A stretch of DNA of 64,000 bases from a virus: positions 1-64,000 of IMG/VR virus record IMGVR_UViG_3300032322_002570; one strand, written 5' to 3'. A program made the position numbers and the translations under genes. Position 1 is the first letter of the stretch. Each line of letters opens with the position of its first letter. Under the pieces are notes generated by a model. The model ran no database searches. It saw only the letters and a program-made list of their open reading frames with translations, and had not been told where the DNA came from. This document shows positions 12,387 to 21,669 of the stretch, one piece after another.

Positions 12387-12836
12387 CTAGGTCTCGGGCA
12401 CGTCGGACAGGTAGATCATAACATTGTCCGGCAGACAGCGCAAGAGGGGCTCGACATCGGCCCACTTCAGGCGCCCATTGCCGACTCCGGGCGCGTTCAG
12501 GTGGAACCGCGTCTCCGGATGGGTCTTGGCGATCTCGGCAAGGCACTCTGCAGAGGCCTTGATCAGGGCACGGTCCGCCGGCTCCCGCCAGTGGTGCTTG
12601 ACCTGGAACCAGCCGATGTACTGCAGGCGATTGTCGTCGATCCGCAGGAGCGTGACCGGCTGATCGGTGGTGATCTGCTTGGCGACAGTGGGATAGCAGT
12701 CGCGGACCTGCTTGGCGGCACCACGACCCATCACGACCTCTCCACGGGAGTTGCGGATGGGGTTGCCCGTGAAAAGAAACACGTCTGGCAGTGCCCAGGG
12801 GGTGGAGTAGTCCAGTAGAGCGTGGATGACTTTCAT
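12387..12836 (-). CDS. Macrodomain (Poa1p/TARG1/DarG-like) ADP-ribose-processing protein
   Basis: TGN...VVMGRGAAKQ...FQVKHHWR...PGVGNGRLKWADVEPLL. Confidence 0.75.
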   Translation of the reverse strand: MKVIHALLDYSTPWALPDVFLFTGNPIRNSRGEVVMGRGAAKQVRDCYPTVAKQITTDQPVTLLRIDDNRLQYIGWFQVKHHWREPADRALIKASAECLAEIAKTHPETRFHLNAPGVGNGRLKWADVEPLLRCLPDNVMIYLSDVPET

Positions 12837-13264
12837 AGCTCGACGACTGTTGTCACCTCGTAGGAGCGGCCCCCGCCAAATGACGGGAAGTCATCCATGT
12901 CAATGGATACCACCCTGAGCCCGGTTCGAGCAGCGAAGTCGGTGACCAGTTCGGAGATCGCGTGATCCAGTTCTTGCTTAGTGGCACGGGCGGCAGGGAT
13001 TGTCGGTGGCGTGGGTGCCATCTCCTGGGTGGTCGGCTCGGTTTTCAGGTGGGTGATTGCCGGCAATGGCGACCAGTGGGTCGGCCCGAAGGAATGAGGC
13101 CAGCGCGCGAGGTGGCCGTCGGGCTCGCGCCAGACGCAATAAGGATCTGACGTGTAAGGCGCGCTCGACGGGGACGGCCTGACGTTGATCGCGATGGCGA
13201 TAAACATCCGCCTGTCGTCCGCTGGGAGCGTCTCGATGGGCAGCCAGCCCTGCTGCTCGGTCAT
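12833..13264 (-). CDS. DUF551-like phage protein
   Basis: GWLPIETLP...PTHWSPLP; start at ATG 13264, downstream of the promoter motif at 13290. Confidence 0.55.
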   Translation of the reverse strand: MTEQQGWLPIETLPADDRRMFIAIAINVRPSPSSAPYTSDPYCVWREPDGHLARWPHSFGPTHWSPLPAITHLKTEPTTQEMAPTPPTIPAARATKQELDHAISELVTDFAARTGLRVVSIDMDDFPSFGGGRSYEVTTVVEL

Positions 13265-13405
13265 GGCCTTGGGTGTTTGGATCGCGTACATCATAGCACA
13301 AGCGCGACTCCTAGTGAACTCCTAATCTGCGCCAAATTGGGAGTTGGCCCAAACTGTATAGCGGCGAACATGAAACCGCTCTAACGCCAGTTTCCACGTT
13401 CCAAC

Positions 13406-13537
13406 CTGCACAAAATATGTGCTCCAGCACATTTGCTACCCCCTTTTAGGATGCTACCAAACCCCTTGCGCCGCAAGGGTTCTCATGCGCCAAAAGGGGG
13501 GTTTCAATGTGCAGCCGTTCTTAGTAGTATTCGGGAT
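13406..13537. repeat. Inverted repeat copy A (partner 61356-61486)
   Basis: 32/32 identity of CTGCACAAAATATGTGCTCCAGCACATTTGCT (13406-13437) to the reverse complement of 61455-61486; further matching blocks through GTTCTTAGTAGTATTC. Confidence 0.92.
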
Positions 13538-13835
13538 TGAAAGAATTGAGAAGAAGAAAGAAGTAACAGCCATAGATTGACTTAGATCTAAGAGTGTGTA
13601 GAAAGTGATCATTAGACCTACGTCTAATGATCACGTAAATACCCTTTCTCAATAACTAAAGAGTCATACTAGGGTAGATAGATAAGTCAACCTAATCAAT
13701 AATACCCTTAGGGTAGTACAGAGAATAATAGGTCTTCTTAAGAGTACCCTGAAGGTATTATATATATATCTACTATAGAGGGGCTGTTCCCTGGCTGTTG
13801 GGGCTGTTCCTTCCTTCTCTTTCAATTCCTACTAC
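13524..13835. other. AT-rich nested-palindrome tract, putative origin-like element
   Basis: ORF-free and AT-rich; perfect 13-bp arms GTGATCATTAGAC-CTAC-GTCTAATGATCAC (13605-13634); TACCCT/AGGGTA at 13640, 13671, 13703, 13710, 13745; outer imperfect arms 13524-13571 and 13802-13835. Confidence 0.55.
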
Positions 13836-14032
13836 ATAATCGACCCGCCGCCGAGCGGCGACGAGGCGCGTCTGATCGGTTGCTGCTGTGATGGACGCAG
13901 AAAACGAACCGGGAAGGTGCCTCGAGGGGGCGCGCTGTGGGATTCGATGTCCAAGGGCCTCCAGGGGCCTTCCAGGGGCTCCTGACAGCGTGCTTCCGAT
14001 GGTATGCTAAAAATGCCCCCTCGAGCGCCGCC

Positions 14033-14572
14033 ATGAAGGCCTACGCCGGGATTGGATCAAGGAAGACGCCGCCGGAGATCCTGGAGGTCATGACGCGGCT
14101 TGCGGCCAGGCTTGAGGCCGATGGTTGGGTGCTGCGCAGTGGTGGCGCCGAGGGCGCTGATGAGGCGTTTGAGCGAGGCGTGACGAACCCAAGCGCGAAG
14201 CAGATCTACTTGCCCTGGGATGGCTTCAGGGGCAGGAGGCTCGGCGGCTCATTCATGGCTGCACCACGGTGGGCTGATGCGACCGTAGATGTCTTCCACC
14301 CGGCGCCCGGCCGCCTGAGCCAGGTCGCTCGGCGGCTCATGGCCAGGAATGCGTGCCAGGTCCTTGGGCCGGACAGCCCACTGCTACCTGCAGGCAAAAG
14401 AGAGCCGTCTTCAAGCCTGGTTGTCTGCTGGACGACCCTTGACGGCAATGGTGCGCCAAATGGCGGCACTGGCCAAGCCATAAGAATAGCTAATCATTAC
14501 GACATCCCTGTCAGGAACCTCTTTTCCAAGGAGCACCTGGATGCCGCCCTTGACTTTATAGGCGACCGCTAA
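14033..14572 (+). CDS. SLOG/DprA-like nucleotide-binding protein
   Basis: YAGIGSRKTP...LRSGGAEGADEAFE...RNACQVLG...GGTGQAIRIA; ATG 14033. Confidence 0.8.
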   Translation: MKAYAGIGSRKTPPEILEVMTRLAARLEADGWVLRSGGAEGADEAFERGVTNPSAKQIYLPWDGFRGRRLGGSFMAAPRWADATVDVFHPAPGRLSQVARRLMARNACQVLGPDSPLLPAGKREPSSSLVVCWTTLDGNGAPNGGTGQAIRIANHYDIPVRNLFSKEHLDAALDFIGDR

Positions 14573-15246
14573 TTTTCAGTAAAACTTGCGTCCAGCGGAA
14601 ACCGCCAACATTGGTGCGCAGCGCTGCTCGTCATAATAGAGCTTGCCCCCAACGACAAGCCGGCCAACCCTGAAACCGAAGCCAAAACCGCCCCAGAACT
14701 CCTGGTCGGTGTTATCCCACCCAAGTGAAAATCCCAGGCGGTCGCTGGCTTCAGCCCTGAGATAGCCGCCACACTCATCGATCAGGCACAGGAACATCAG
14801 TCTTTCCGAATGAAAAACGCTTCAACTATAGCCTGCCCAGCGAAGTAGCCGGCGAACGTAAAGCAGACGATCGCTGGCGTCAGTCTGAACATCTCATCAA
14901 TGAGCCGTTCCACTCTTGCTCCGTTGATAGGTTTTTAGCGGCAGCCTGACTTGAGAGAAGCCCCGCTGCAGCCTCCCGGGGATTCCTTGGGCATGGCCAA
15001 CGATCACCTTGCCTTCGAACTCCTCCAGCACGATCCAGCCCGGAAGCCAGCCATAGCCCTCAAGGCTTGACAGGACCTCAACGATCGACCCAATCGGGAA
15101 TCGAGTCTCCCGCTCCAGGTCTCGATCCAGCGCCTCCAGTCGGTCGCCGCTGTACTCCTTGGTCTCCTTCCACGCCAGTGGATGTTCCGTTACCGTACGG
15201 TAGTAATCGAGCAGGCGCTGTCTTCTGTCCATGATTTCATCTGGGT

Positions 15247-15978
15247 TCATTGTTTTGCGGGTATCGCAGTAGGAGCGAAAGAGCGGAAAGATCCGCCCCA
15301 GGCTACTGTTGCGGCAATCGAGCGGCCTCTGCCGCCCTCGTCACCAAGGTTGCCCGCGTTGATACCAAAGGCCCACGAACTGCCTTTTGGGGAATAGCTT
15401 AAACCGGCGGTTACACCACGAGAATAGCCAATACTAACGCCAACCTCAGGCGTAATGCCTAGCCCGACGCCGCCGACCAATCCGCGCCCTCGGTCGCCAC
15501 CGTTCGCGTAACCAGCACTGATCTGTAGTGGCATGTTGCCCACTGCGCCAGCACCGGTGATGACACCATAGGCCGAGGCGTTATGATCTGCGGTGCCCCA
15601 TGCGACAGCGTTCAAGACGCCGCCCCCGGCTGCTAAGCGGAAGTCTGGCCGGCTGACCAGGTCACGTCCAAGCCTTACGTCAAGGCCACCGGACCCTTCG
15701 ACATCCACGCCAGCGCCGATCTCAAGTGCGACAAGGCGGCCCGCGTCGCCAAGACCGAAGCCACCGCCGACCGCTCCACCACTGTCAACGCCAGCGCGAT
15801 ACTTGCCACGCTCGAGGGACCAGTCGATCTCGTCGTAGCCCCACGCAGCGCTCCACGCGTAGAGGTCTCCATGCTGAGCAACGAAGGCGGAGGGGACCCT
15901 GGGTGCATTCAGATTTGGACCGCCGATCGCTGGCGTAGCAGCTAGAGCGACAATCGGCAATAAGAGTGAGCGTTTCAT
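15247..15978 (-). CDS. Secreted Gly-rich, probable outer-membrane beta-barrel protein
   Basis: True start ATG 15978, coupled to the GT2 stop; signal peptide MKRSLLLPIVALAATPAIG; amphipathic Gly-rich beta strands. Confidence 0.6.
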   Translation of the reverse strand: MKRSLLLPIVALAATPAIGGPNLNAPRVPSAFVAQHGDLYAWSAAWGYDEIDWSLERGKYRAGVDSGGAVGGGFGLGDAGRLVALEIGAGVDVEGSGGLDVRLGRDLVSRPDFRLAAGGGVLNAVAWGTADHNASAYGVITGAGAVGNMPLQISAGYANGGDRGRGLVGGVGLGITPEVGVSIGYSRGVTAGLSYSPKGSSWAFGINAGNLGDEGGRGRSIAATVAWGGSFRSFAPTAIPAKQ

Positions 15979-17684
15979 CACTTTTGGTACCTTGGAACGA
16001 TCGGCGGATTGCGCTGCTGGAAGCTCTGCTGCAAGGCCTCGAAGCCAGCGGGGGCTCGCAGACCGCCAGTGACCGCCAGTAACAGACTGGCTGCAACATA
16101 GGTCAACAATTGCACCGGCGAACGACGTGGGTGCAGTAGTGCCACGAGCAGACCAGTCAGGATGGCCCAGCCTGCGGCGACCAGTGCCAGCAGCCAGTAA
16201 GGCTGAGTCGCGACGGCACCCGGCGTCAGCAGTACCACCAGCGTCGTCAGCACACCAGCGACCCAGTAGGGAGCCAGCAGGCGAGATGGTAGGGCCTGTT
16301 GACGCGGATCGACGCCCTTTGGCGTGACGCGCCACATCGGTTCGCGACCACTAACCACTTGCAAGATCCCGGCAAGCAGACCGAGCACCACCCATGGCAG
16401 TCGAACCAGTTCGAACAGTGGTGCCTCCCAACTGACCAACGGGGCCCTGGGGCGAAGTACATCCCATCGACGCAAGAGCATCATGGGCAGCACTGCGGCT
16501 ACGGCATAGGCAGCAGCGAAAGCGAGGAACACGAGATAGTTGACGCGCATCATTGGCACATCAAGCAGCAGCGTGGCAGCAAGCAGCAGGTAACCGACCA
16601 CGGCGGTGCCGCCGAACAATGGGTACCACAACTCGCTGTAGATGAACTCAGGCCAGAGGCGCAGCGGCAGGTCTCGACGGCGAAGTTTTCCTGGCAGCAG
16701 GGTGAGAAAGATCACCATGATCGAGCGAGACCACTGGAACTCCTGCGTCAGACCATCGACTACTGTCGCTGGTCCTTCGCCATGGGCGATCGCGTTGATG
16801 GAGAACGAGCCACGCCAGCCCGCAGCATTCATCAAAAGACTGGTGCTGTGGTCCTCTGCTAGTTCGGGCCCGAGCCCTCCGATCTCCTTCAGGGCGGCGG
16901 TGCGGACAGCGTAATGGGAGCCTATCGCCAGCGGTGCAGCGCCATTGCTGTAGCCAGCCTGTTGGATGCCATGCAGGGGCGCTTCGGCGTAGAGGCGACC
17001 GCGAGCAAACCAGCTCCGTTCAGCACCCCGATCACAGATCGATGGCGCGGCCACGTAACCAACGCGTGGATCATTGAACGGCAGCAGCATTTGCTGAGCA
17101 TAGTTCAACGCAGGGACGTGGTCGGAATCTAACTGCAGCACGAAGTCGTAGCGACTGTATCCAACCCGATCATAAAAGAATGCAAGGTTTCCTTCCTTGC
17201 AGCGCGTGCGTCGTGGCCATGTTGGTCGATGGTAGTCATCTCTGCCACGGCGCGAGCAGACCTTAATACCAAGACTGCGACACCAGGCCAGGGCCTCAGC
17301 AGTAGGATCCTCGTCCGCGAGCCAGACGTCAACCGACACCCCTTCCCGCTGCACGCAGCCAAGCAGGGTTGGGACGACGTCTTCGAACCGCTCGGCCGGC
17401 GCCCTGGTCACCACCATGGCCACGCGCCAGTGATCCGGAACCGTCAGGCTGCTGGCCGGACGGACAGCCCGTGCCGCCCAAAAATAAAGCCAGAATGGTG
17501 CGAGTAGCTCGTAGACTACAATGTAAGTTGCGCCAATCGAGAACGGCAGCCAGACGTGGTGAGGCGGATACAACCACCAGATTAAATAAAGAGCCGCGAC
17601 AATCGCGGCGGGCATAACAGAAAGAAGTAGAGCAAATCGCTGGCGGGTATTTAGCAGTGGCCGCTGAAAGTGCGGGCTACTCAC
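15978..17684 (-). CDS. Processive GT2 glycosyltransferase, cellulose-synthase-like, multi-pass membrane protein
   Basis: ADED, KEGN, LDSD, GSHY, AED and QEFQW (QxxRW variant) motifs; N- and C-terminal hydrophobic helices; GTG 17684 preceded by GGAGGAG. Confidence 0.88.
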   Translation of the reverse strand: MSSPHFQRPLLNTRQRFALLLSVMPAAIVAALYLIWWLYPPHHVWLPFSIGATYIVVYELLAPFWLYFWAARAVRPASSLTVPDHWRVAMVVTRAPAERFEDVVPTLLGCVQREGVSVDVWLADEDPTAEALAWCRSLGIKVCSRRGRDDYHRPTWPRRTRCKEGNLAFFYDRVGYSRYDFVLQLDSDHVPALNYAQQMLLPFNDPRVGYVAAPSICDRGAERSWFARGRLYAEAPLHGIQQAGYSNGAAPLAIGSHYAVRTAALKEIGGLGPELAEDHSTSLLMNAAGWRGSFSINAIAHGEGPATVVDGLTQEFQWSRSIMVIFLTLLPGKLRRRDLPLRLWPEFIYSELWYPLFGGTAVVGYLLLAATLLLDVPMMRVNYLVFLAFAAAYAVAAVLPMMLLRRWDVLRPRAPLVSWEAPLFELVRLPWVVLGLLAGILQVVSGREPMWRVTPKGVDPRQQALPSRLLAPYWVAGVLTTLVVLLTPGAVATQPYWLLALVAAGWAILTGLLVALLHPRRSPVQLLTYVAASLLLAVTGGLRAPAGFEALQQSFQQRNPPIVPRYQK

Positions 17685-17865
17685 AACTCTCCTCCAGTGG
17701 ACTCCAGGCGCCACACCAATGAATCGGAAACACTTTGGGCCAAAACAAGGAGTCTTTTGGCGGCTTGGCTCGGCACTCGCCGACTGCTTGGCTAACGGGA
17801 ACGTAGTAGTAGCAGTTTTCGCACCGCTGTTTGGATCTCGGCGGATACGGTGAATGGTTAGCCAT
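17677..17865 (-). CDS. Small Cys-rich protein (CxxC...C...WC), possible metal/Fe-S binding
   Basis: CENCYYY...GECRAKPP...WPKVFPIHWCGAW. Confidence 0.5.
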   Translation of the reverse strand: MANHSPYPPRSKQRCENCYYYVPVSQAVGECRAKPPKDSLFWPKVFPIHWCGAWSPLEESCE

Positions 17866-18364
17866 GATTCTTTGTCTCGTCGGTATGTCCAAAACCACCA
17901 GCCCCGCGCTCGGTCTGCTCGAGGTTGTCGGTTTCCACTAGATTTACCTCTTCGGATCGCTCGAAGGCGAGTTGCGCGATTGCGCGATCATGACCGAAAG
18001 TAATTGTTAGCGGAGAAAAAATACCACTGTAGGACATCTCAAGAAGCAGTTCAACTTCTCCTATGTAGTCGCCATCGATGATGCCCGTGCAGTTGCCGAG
18101 GCGAACGCGGTACTTGTCCGCATTGCCGGACCTTGGGAAAGCCTTCCCGACCCAGCCCTCGGCGATACCGAAAGCGAGGCCGGTCTTGACCCGCACTTGT
18201 CTGCCGGGCCAGAGCACGACTGGAGGCTGAGCCGGGCTCAGGAAGAGGTCGTAACAGTGAGACCTTTTGGTGGCCTTCTTGGGGCGCGCCACGTCTGGGT
18301 GCAGCCTTTTGTAGAAGATGTCTGGAATGGAGTCAGAGGGCGGTGCGTCGTGCTTGTCGTACAT
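17858..18364 (-). CDS. dut: Trimeric dUTPase
   Basis: YDL, PRSG, GIIDGDYIGE, IAQL and RGAGGFGHT motifs I-V. Confidence 0.93.
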   Translation of the reverse strand: MYDKHDAPPSDSIPDIFYKRLHPDVARPKKATKRSHCYDLFLSPAQPPVVLWPGRQVRVKTGLAFGIAEGWVGKAFPRSGNADKYRVRLGNCTGIIDGDYIGEVELLLEMSYSGIFSPLTITFGHDRAIAQLAFERSEEVNLVETDNLEQTERGAGGFGHTDETKNHG

Positions 18365-18965
18365 CAGTAGCAGGAGGTGATGGAGCCGTAGCGGAGCTTG
18401 GTCGTGTTGCACACGTAGGCCTTGGCCGGCGTGTTGATCACGGTATTGGTCGTGGAGCCGAACGAGTACCTGGAGTAAGTTACTCGCTCCCCAGAGGGGG
18501 TGTAGACGGTTCCGGTGCCGGTGTCGCTACCGTCCGGTACCCCTTTGGCAAAGGCGGCAGAGGCAAGCATTCCAGCGATTGCCAGAGCTGCGCAGATTCG
18601 GGACATGACTCCTCTTGTTGACTGCCCTGATCATAGCACGTTGCACCCATGGAGTGCAATACCAGTTCGTGGACGCGGCGCAATCCGGCGACCATGAACT
18701 CGTACTCGCACGAGTCTGGAGTCAGGAAATACGGAAGCTCGCTGCAGCGATCGTTGACCTCGTCGACTCCTGCACGGAAAGCAGCGATAAGCTCCTCGTC
18801 GGTCGGCTCGGTATGCTGATGGCCGCAGTAGCAGCCGTTCGACCAGGCTAATCGCGTCTGACGATAGACGAACCGCTCGAGCTCCTCGTCTGGCTCCGGC
18901 GATGTGCTGCCTTCGTTGTACCACCAGCGTTCGAAGCGCTCCATTGCTTGATCCTGATTCATGGC

Positions 18966-19418
18966 TTAGAAATCTCCGTGGTCCTGTCCAACATCAAAGA
19001 CGAAAATACCTCGTTCGACCCACATCTCAACCACTCGCTTGCGGTCGTCGAAGGCCGCAACAATCTCGTACTCCCGTTCGATCTCGTCGGCGATCTCGCC
19101 CTTGACGATCCGATCGTCGCGGTGGTCCCCGGCCTGGCGCATCAGCAGTCCATCCGGGTGGATGCCGTGACGAGCCAGCCACTCCTCGGATTCACCCCGG
19201 TACTCTTCACTGCGGCCGGAGACGCAGAGCAGGGCGTAGTCCCGGTCCATGCGGTCCAGTGCCCTGAACATCGCCACCACGGGCTCATGCGGCTTGTCCA
19301 GCGGCAGGCCGGCATGCCAGGCATCCCAGTTCTTGGGCCTACGGGAGACGAAGTGACGCCGATGGGCGACGTCACACAGCGTCCCGTCCAGGTCGAAGAT
19401 GTAGCATTTAGTCTTCAT
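18966..19418 (-). CDS. HAD-family polynucleotide 3'-phosphatase (Pnkp phosphatase domain)
   Basis: IFDLDGTL, SGR, MR...DHRDD..VK, FDDR. Confidence 0.88.
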   Translation of the reverse strand: MKTKCYIFDLDGTLCDVAHRRHFVSRRPKNWDAWHAGLPLDKPHEPVVAMFRALDRMDRDYALLCVSGRSEEYRGESEEWLARHGIHPDGLLMRQAGDHRDDRIVKGEIADEIEREYEIVAAFDDRKRVVEMWVERGIFVFDVGQDHGDF

Positions 19419-19885
19419 CGAACCGGTGCGACGTGATCAAAGCCCTCAGTGAGGGAGGGGTGCTGCCACTTTGAAACCATGTCCTCGAGGACGCCTTCGG
19501 GGACCGCTCGATCACCCCTGGCCGCATTGCGCCCCCTCAGGGTGTCGATGTCAGCCTCGAAATAGAGGCAGATCTTGGTGTAATCGTCCGGGAAGCGGTT
19601 GGCCTTCTTGATACGCGTCTCCGGCGTGAGGTTGGTCTGGTCCCAGACCACGCTGCGGCGAGAGCGCAGCATGAGCTCGATGTCGCGCTTCAGGAACTGA
19701 GTGGCGCTCTTGATCTGGCCTGCGAAGATCTCATTGTACGGCCTGTCGGAGATCCTGGCCGCGAGTTCGATGTAGTGGTCTGTCGATAGCAGTCCTGCGT
19801 TTTTGAACGTAGGGTCAGCCAGGATTGCGGCGGCGTGGGTCGATTTTCCGGACCCCGGCGGCCCGGCCAGCATGATCAGGAACAT
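19415..19885 (-). CDS. P-loop polynucleotide 5'-kinase-like protein (AAA_33)
   Basis: GPPGSGKST, LSTD, WDQTN, RNAAR. Confidence 0.82.
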   Translation of the reverse strand: MFLIMLAGPPGSGKSTHAAAILADPTFKNAGLLSTDHYIELAARISDRPYNEIFAGQIKSATQFLKRDIELMLRSRRSVVWDQTNLTPETRIKKANRFPDDYTKICLYFEADIDTLRGRNAARGDRAVPEGVLEDMVSKWQHPSLTEGFDHVAPVR

Positions 19886-21078
19886 CCTTCTATGATCCAG
19901 TCGTACTTCCGCAGTGTAGCAGATCTGCCGCAGGCCTGCAGGAGCCGCTCACGCAGGTAGTCGCCGGCCTCGGCCCCGTCCAGCATCGCAAAGAGCAGCG
20001 GCTGGATGAGAGGGGCCTTCTTCTTGATGGCTTGAGCCAAGCTCTTGCGCCGCCGCGCCGGATCCCCCGACTGGTCGGTCTCGCACAGGATCTCGTTCAG
20101 GGCACGCAGCGCGTGCATCCGCCAGGAGGCCACACCGCGATCAAGCTTCGCCTGGTACTGCAGCAGATCGTCGCGGCGGACCTTCGGCAGAAGGGGTAGG
20201 ATGTCGTCGAGTTGATCCTCCAGGATCGCCTTCGTGTGGGCCCTGCGCGTATGAAAGCCCGCCAGCACGCTGTGCTTGAACACGTAGTCGTCGGCCTTAA
20301 CCTTAAGCATCTCACCATTGTCAAACCGAACAACGATGCCCTCTTCGCCTAGACGTGATCGCACCTCGTTCACGAGTGCGTCTTTACGCGACGGATCAGA
20401 AGAGCCGGTCGACCAGACGACAGGGATGCCCCAGCGGTCCGCGACAGACCGCAGTGTCTGAATCCCGACGTAGTGGCCCGTGGTCTTTTCGCGGATCGCG
20501 GTCAACACCATTCGATCAACTGGGTAGTCAATCACGATCGGATCCTGGCGAGAGCACCACTCGAAGATCGCCGTCCTGCCCTCGCGGTCGAGCTCGAGCA
20601 TGAACTCGACGTAGGTGGGCCGACGTGCCAGGAAGACCTCGGCCCGCAGCGCGGTCTCGCTGATCCCGGACTTTGTGTGCAGCCTGAGGGCCCCGTTGAT
20701 CACGACCGGGAAGACCATCGATCCGTCCAGTTTCTCCAGGATCGAGTGCCCCAGCCCCAGGTCCACCACGGAAAGGTCGGTCTCTTCGCGCTCGTTGACG
20801 TTGAAGAACTTGTGGTACGGACGGGCGATGAGGCGCCCGGAGTCATCGAAGACCAGCCCTCGACACTCGCGGCGGATCAGCATGTTGTGCAGCCCGAGAC
20901 CCTCGTCGTACCCGAAGGTCTCAGGGTGTGCCACCATGTAGCGGATGACCTTGCAGCCGTCTCGCTCGAAGACGCGGAACTCCTCGCGTCCCTCAATATG
21001 AGGCAGTACATCATTGATGTGTTCGATGACCGGGAACGCCTGTTCCGGCGCTGCGGCGCCAACAACGGGGACTGACAT
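19876..21078 (-). CDS. T4 Rnl1-like RNA ligase
   Basis: RECRGLVF, RPYHKFFNVNE, motif I EKLDGS, FEW, EGIVV, LKVK. Confidence 0.92.
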   Translation of the reverse strand: MSVPVVGAAAPEQAFPVIEHINDVLPHIEGREEFRVFERDGCKVIRYMVAHPETFGYDEGLGLHNMLIRRECRGLVFDDSGRLIARPYHKFFNVNEREETDLSVVDLGLGHSILEKLDGSMVFPVVINGALRLHTKSGISETALRAEVFLARRPTYVEFMLELDREGRTAIFEWCSRQDPIVIDYPVDRMVLTAIREKTTGHYVGIQTLRSVADRWGIPVVWSTGSSDPSRKDALVNEVRSRLGEEGIVVRFDNGEMLKVKADDYVFKHSVLAGFHTRRAHTKAILEDQLDDILPLLPKVRRDDLLQYQAKLDRGVASWRMHALRALNEILCETDQSGDPARRRKSLAQAIKKKAPLIQPLLFAMLDGAEAGDYLRERLLQACGRSATLRKYDWIIEGCS

Positions 21079-21519
21079 CAGGCTCCCTCCTCTTGCTCGA
21101 AGCGCTGGGAGGCCCAGTCTAAGGCTTTCTGGAGCAGTTCGTCTGTCGTTTCGGCGTACAGCCAGACGATCTGGCAGAACCCACAGTAACCCCTGCCATC
21201 TCGCTTGGTGGCGTACATAAACTGGCCCAGGAATCCGAATTTTTCGTAACTATTGATCACGTCGATCGCCTCGTCCGCGTCGTCGAACACGAACTCTTCA
21301 AGCCCTAGCGCATCGGGGATGCGGTCGCCGAAGTCCTCGAGATCCTCCTGGAGGTCGTCAGCGATGATACCATCAGGGGCGCATGTGCCAAGGTGGTAGA
21401 TCTTCTCCGTCCTCAGCCAGTGGTCTTCGAAGGACTGGCGAAGTTGCTGCTGCTCGGTCACGGGTGCTAAATAGGTGTCGGACTTCGGAACCTTAGCACG
21501 GGCCTAACGGGATGCCATT

Positions 21520-21669
21520 CACCACCCTGGAACTACCCGTGCTCCACGACGGGAACCCAGACACAGACCAGAGCAAGCGGTTTGCGCCATATCAGTGGCG
21601 CACCGTCTCCACCACCTAGCCCGGGTAGTGACATGCTCTGGTCAGGGCAGGAACCTGTCCGACCCCTGA
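21520..21669 (-). ncRNA. Candidate pseudoknotted structured RNA
   Basis: ORF-free; crossing helices 21566-21575/21634-21643 (10 bp) and 21532-21539/21622-21629 (8 bp); hairpin TGCGCCA-N6-TGGCGCA; strand inferred from flanking genes. Confidence 0.45.

Noticed and set aside
13605-13634. Hairpin-telomere (telRL) site
   Set aside because: Arms are only 13 bp with a 4-nt non-symmetric centre, and no protelomerase is visible in the window
15979-16335. N-terminal 119 aa of the 362-aa ORF in the track
   Set aside because: Overlaps the GT2 gene; the signal peptide and TGATG coupling place the start at 15978
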